From: Rebecca billardiae RCC1528
Taxonomy: Eukaryota > Protista > Haptophyta
NCBI GenBank assembly: GCA_965240325.2
Contig: OZ251222.1
Coordinates: forward strand, 1,364,001-1,428,000
Reading direction: 5' to 3'
DNA: 64,000 bases
In this document: piece by piece, positions 62,720-64,000 of the stretch
Layout of the letters: the number at the start of each line of letters is the position of its first letter
Numbering within the stretch: the first letter of the stretch is position 1
Notes under the pieces: model-generated
Databases searched by the model: none
What the model saw: only the letters and a program-made list of their open reading frames with translations
Told to the model about the DNA's origin: nothing
Position numbers and translations under genes: made by a program

Positions 62720-64000
62720 CTAGCTCCGCCTCTGGAACTTGTTCTCGTGGCTGCCGCCTACTGCGTAGCCGTACGAGCGCGAGTCCATTGGCGGCGTAGC
62801 GTAGCGCACGACCGGTGGGCGACCCTGCTCCGAAGCGGAGAGGCGATTCTCGCGCGCGCAGCGCGGCGCTTCGCCGCCCCAGCGCCGCCAGCACGCGCGC
62901 GCGATCTGCGCGCGTGCTCGGCGCAGTCCGTCCTTCTCCTTGGACACGTACGCATCCGCGCCGGCCGCAGCGTACATCCGGCGGTCTGCGCTCGAGCCGT
63001 TGCACGAGACGACAAAGGCGACGAGGTTGTGCTCGGCCTCGGGCACCGCGGCGCGCACGCGCGAGATCACGCTCGAGCCCCGGGGCACACCCACGCCGAG
63101 ATCCTGGTCGGAGAAGAGCACGACGGGCCCGGCGCGCACCAGTGCGGCGAGCGTCTCCGCGTATTCGATCAGCTGCGCTCGTTCGCTCTCCTCCGTCGCG
63201 TCGACGGGCGGGAAGACGATGGGCTGCTGGCGCGGGCTGCTGCCGGCCGCGTCGGCTGCGCCCTCGAGCAGCGCGCCCACGCGCGAGCGCATGATGGCGC
63301 GCGTCGTCCGCGAGTCGTCGACGATGAGGACGGTCGCCGACGCCGGGATGCTGAACTCGTCGATCGCGCGCGCCTCGGACGCGCTCAGCATCCCGACCGG
63401 CACGTCCATCCGGCAGAGGAGGTGGCGCGGCGCGCCCTCCGCGTACACAGGCGGCACGACTCGGCCGCCGAGCGCGGCTGCGCAGCGCTGGATGAGAACC
63501 CTGTGGCGCGCGGCGGTCGGGCGCGCGCGGAGAGACACAGGTCAGCCTTTGCGCCGCAACCACCGTCCCCGCCTTCGCACTCCGCACGCCGGCGCGAGCG
63601 CGCACCGCGTGCCGCTCTCCAGCACCTCCGACAGGTCCTCCGCGTCGCACGACAGCGAGTCCGCCACCACGTCGATGGTGAGCGTGGAGTGCGCGAGGGT
63701 GAGGGCAAGCCGCGGGCGCCATTCGATCCCAAGCATGTGTAGGTCACGGCAGGCCGCCGCCACCGCCACTCGGATGGGTGCGGGGTCGACCTCGACGGTG
63801 CCCTCGGTCCACGAGTGCGTGTCTTCTTCCATCATGTCGTCGTCGCTGCCGGCGATGGTGAGGTCGACGTCGGCGTCGTCCTTGTCGACGATCTCGCTCA
63901 AGTGCACGAGTTCGGGTGTCGGCGTGTACGCGCCAGCGACGAGCGCCTCGTGCACCACCGTGCTCTGGAGGCGGTTCATTGCGTCGCGTATCTCGCGCGC
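62720..64000 (-). CDS. 3' part of a hybrid kinase-like protein with a C-terminal receiver domain; intron 63501-63605
   Basis: VLIVDDS, VLFSDQDL, VVSCN, AAGADAYVSK receiver motifs; splicing gives TRVLIQRCAAALGG. Confidence 0.7.

Overview
This is very GC-rich eukaryotic nuclear DNA with short GT-AG introns that start GTGCG. Gene content and style suggest a haptophyte alga, possibly Pavlovales (inference). About 17 host genes are present: a degenerate kinesin, a Cys-rich helical protein, a two-domain glycosyltransferase, STIMATE-SH3, a kelch protein, a coiled-coil protein, two copies of a GT-A glycosyltransferase with a sulfotransferase-like tail, a CIP2A-like ARM protein, a VWD/root-cap-like protein, a UPF0126/TRIC channel, AFG1 with EF-hands, organellar LeuRS, a zinc-less ADH-like protein, a nucleoredoxin, a PAF-acetylhydrolase-like protein and a receiver-domain protein. 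Between them is a dense, nested set of non-autonomous DNA transposons, several confirmed by filled versus empty sites within the window. These are a Galileo/P-like foldback (7-bp TSD), a ~3.2-kb foldback with ~810-bp TIRs and a 5-bp TSD, a Harbinger-like insert (TGA TSD), hAT-like and Tc1/mariner-like MITEs, and an AT-flanked TIR family. One AT-flanked member carries a frameshifted NWD-type WD40 gene fragment, and ends of another bracket an intact duplicated gene. No intact transposase, CRISPR array, rRNA or complete tRNA was seen. All protein calls come from motif recognition by eye; no searches were run.
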